35,367 nt of DNA from Burkholderiaceae bacterium. Its GTDB lineage: Bacteria; Pseudomonadota; Gammaproteobacteria; Burkholderiales; Burkholderiaceae_C. The notes beneath the pieces were generated by a model, which searched no databases, was not told where the DNA came from, and was given only the letters and a program-made list of their open reading frames with translations. Positions 33,805 through 35,367 of this stretch are shown piece after piece; the first letter of the stretch is position 1; each line of letters starts with the position of its first letter. Location: positions 1 through 35,367 of the forward strand of contig JBDSZM010000035.1 in NCBI GenBank assembly GCA_039925165.1. The letters are read 5' to 3'. A program made the translations under genes and the position numbers.

Positions 33805-34497
33805 ATGAGTTCTTCCAAGACTTCAGGCGCCACAACCGGCGCGTTCCCACACGCCTTGCTGCCCGCGCAGGTGGCTGCGGTCATCGCGGCCATCGAGACC
33901 GACATCATTCGCGGCCGCATCCTGCCTCGCCATCGTCTGATCGAAGACCACCTGATGGACGATTACGACGCCAAGCGCCATGTGGTGCGCGCCGCGCTGA
34001 CCGAGTTGCAGCGCCTGGGCGTGGTCGTCAAACCCCCCCATCTCGGCGCGCACATCCGGCGCTTCGACGCCAGCAGCCTGCAGGCGCTGTACGACTTTCG
34101 CGCCGTGTTGCATGGCGCCGCCGTGGCGGGCATGGGGTTGCCCCTGGCGCCCGAGCGGCTGGCGGCGGTGGACCAAGCCGCTCAAGCCCACGCCGAGGCG
34201 GTGGCGACGGGCGACCTGATCGCCATCCATCGCGCGAACATGCGTTTTCACCGCCTGCTTTTCGGCCTGTGCGACAACCCGTACCTCGAAGAGTCCATCC
34301 GACTGCACGACTGGATCAGCTTTCCTGCGCGCGCCTACGGCATTGCCGATCCGCAGGCGCAGCAGCTTGCCTGCGCCGAGCACGCGGCCATGGCGGCGGC
34401 CTTGCGTGGCTGCGACCGCCCGCAACTCGATGCACTGACCAAGACACACATGAACCGGGCGCGCGGCCTGTACGCCGAAAAGTTCCTGGTCCGTTGA
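33805..34497 (+). CDS. GntR-family transcriptional regulator (FadR/FCD subfamily)
   Basis: 230 aa. N-terminal wHTH region ..IETDIIRGRILPRHRLIEDHLMDDYDAKRHVVRAALTELQRLGVV, followed by an all-helical FCD-like domain (..FHRLLFGLCDNPYL..). Confidence 0.85.
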   Translation: MSSSKTSGATTGAFPHALLPAQVAAVIAAIETDIIRGRILPRHRLIEDHLMDDYDAKRHVVRAALTELQRLGVVVKPPHLGAHIRRFDASSLQALYDFRAVLHGAAVAGMGLPLAPERLAAVDQAAQAHAEAVATGDLIAIHRANMRFHRLLFGLCDNPYLEESIRLHDWISFPARAYGIADPQAQQLACAEHAAMAAALRGCDRPQLDALTKTHMNRARGLYAEKFLVR

Positions 34498-34594
34498 GGC
34501 ACTGCGCTCTTGATCGGCGATGGCCGCAGCTGTCGCGGTGGTCGCGGTCGCGGTCGCCGGTAGCCCTCGTCGGCCAGAAAGGCCTGCACTGCCT

Positions 34595-34990
34595 TCAACC
34601 CTGCCGCCGCGCTTCTTCCTGCGGCACGTGCCCCACGCCCTGCAGCAGCACCAGCGGCGCCCGCGCCAGAGCACGCAGGTAGTCCTGGGCGTTGGCCACC
34701 GGGATCATGCGGTCCTGCTCACCCCACAGCAGCAGCGTGGGCGCGGTGATCTGCGGCAGCATCGGCTCCGGGTCCTGCAGCACCAACTGCTGCATGCGCG
34801 CGATGAGCGCGCTGCACACCTGCCGCGCCAGCATCATGTCGGGGTAACGGGTGACGAGTTCGTCGGTGGCCACGCCGGGGTCGGCACAGGCCGGCAACAG
34901 GCTCCAGCGCAGCACGGCCTGGGGCAGCGCAAACTGCATCAGCTTGACCGAAGCGCCGACCTCGGGTGCCCTGCCGCATAGCGCCAGGCC
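34595..34990 (-). pseudogene. C-terminal half of an alpha/beta-fold hydrolase (5'-truncated)
   Basis: ..ITAPTLLLWGEQDRMIPVANAQDYLRALARAPLVLLQGVGHVPQEE is the typical end of an alpha/beta hydrolase carrying the catalytic His. The nucleophile-elbow half is missing. The frame stays open upstream but loses protein-like character beyond about 34990. Confidence 0.6.
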
Positions 34991-35166
34991 AGCCGGCCGC
35001 GCGGTCCTATCCTCGTTCGGATATGAGTTGTGAACCGGTGTCTTCGATCGAAGGAGCCTGCGCTTCGCGCGAAAGGCGACGACGCGTCGCGGCTGCCGGC
35101 GCGATGCTGCCGCGCTGTACGCGTCGCCTGGAACGTACAGGCAGCGGGGGTGCCGGCTGGGCCTCC

Positions 35167-35367
35167 CTTCGCGCGCCGCTTCTTCTCGACGTACTCACGA
35201 AGTGCCTTCGCCAGCGTTAGTCCGTCTTGCCGTTGTGCCTGCTCGCGCGCGGCCACTGCCGCCCGCAGTCGCGCTTCCTCCTGCGCGGGCCAGTCCACCC
35301 CGTCGCGCGCAAGCGCCCGGATCCGAGCCGCTTCGGCACAGGCGGCGGCCAGCTTCATCTGGCCGGG
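35167..35367 (-). pseudogene. fragment of the N-terminal (arm-binding, P4-type) region of a tyrosine integrase-like protein; open at the window edge
   Basis: ..KLAAACAEAARIRALARDGVDWPAQEEARLRAAVAAREQAQRQDGLTLAKALREYVEKK follows the pattern ..A.AR..A..L...G.DP....(helix)..TF/L...L..Y.. seen in P4-type integrase N-termini. No catalytic domain can follow, because the hydrolase fragment starts about 180 bp downstream. Confidence 0.4.

Noticed and set aside
34520-34570. GTCGCG-type short tandem repeats (gtcgcggtggtcgcggtcgcggtcgcc) between the convergent GntR gene and hydrolase fragment
   Set aside because: The tract is imperfect, very short and GC-rich, so it is low-complexity sequence expected by chance in this background. 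No hairpin or function could be argued.
34980-35170. Search for a tRNA or tmRNA attachment site next to the integrase-like fragment
   Set aside because: I could not fold a cloverleaf or find a T-loop-like GGTTCGAATCC motif by eye. The tcgatcgaagg segment is not sufficient. A tRNA may lie outside the window.

Overview
High-GC accessory catabolic region that looks betaproteobacterial (Burkholderiales or Comamonadaceae-like). That placement is inferred from codon style and four Bug/TctC-type solute-binding proteins. All family calls rest on motifs read by eye; no searches were run. The window reads as three metabolic modules separated and flanked by mobile-element scars. Module 1 (0.44-16.7 kb, + strand) has two operons around a divergent LysR gene. 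The first is an Atu/Liu-like biotin-carboxylase operon: carboxyltransferase, Bug SBP, enoyl-CoA hydratase, acyl-CoA dehydrogenase, biotin carboxylase/BCCP, AtuA-family protein, Bug SBP. The second is a beta-oxidation-like operon: family III CoA-transferase, hydratase, dehydrogenase, second CoA-transferase, thiolase. Module 2 (17.7-29.1 kb) is an 11-gene, translationally coupled minus-strand operon divergent from an IclR regulator. It combines two unrelated Rieske oxygenases, one ferredoxin/reductase pair, a Bug SBP, a TPP-dependent E1 alpha/beta pair without E2/E3, an HpcH/HpaI aldolase, a class II aldolase/adducin protein and a quinone oxidoreductase. I know of no characterised pathway with this composition, so it is my best candidate for an undescribed system, and it would be metabolic. 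Module 3 (30.2-34.5 kb) holds a Bug SBP, a 3-hydroxyisobutyrate-dehydrogenase-like reductase and an aldehyde dehydrogenase, with a divergent GntR regulator. The scars are a decayed IS66 tnpC at the left edge; an IS91/ISCR transposase C-terminal remnant with an apparently intact oriIS-like end (17.0-17.6 kb); a 1.1-kb patch of unrelated gene fragments (29.1-30.2 kb); and a 5'-truncated alpha/beta-hydrolase next to a truncated integrase-like fragment at the right edge. I saw no rRNA, tRNA, CRISPR array, defence, toxin or secretion hallmarks. Most other long ORFs in the six-frame track are high-GC shadow ORFs.
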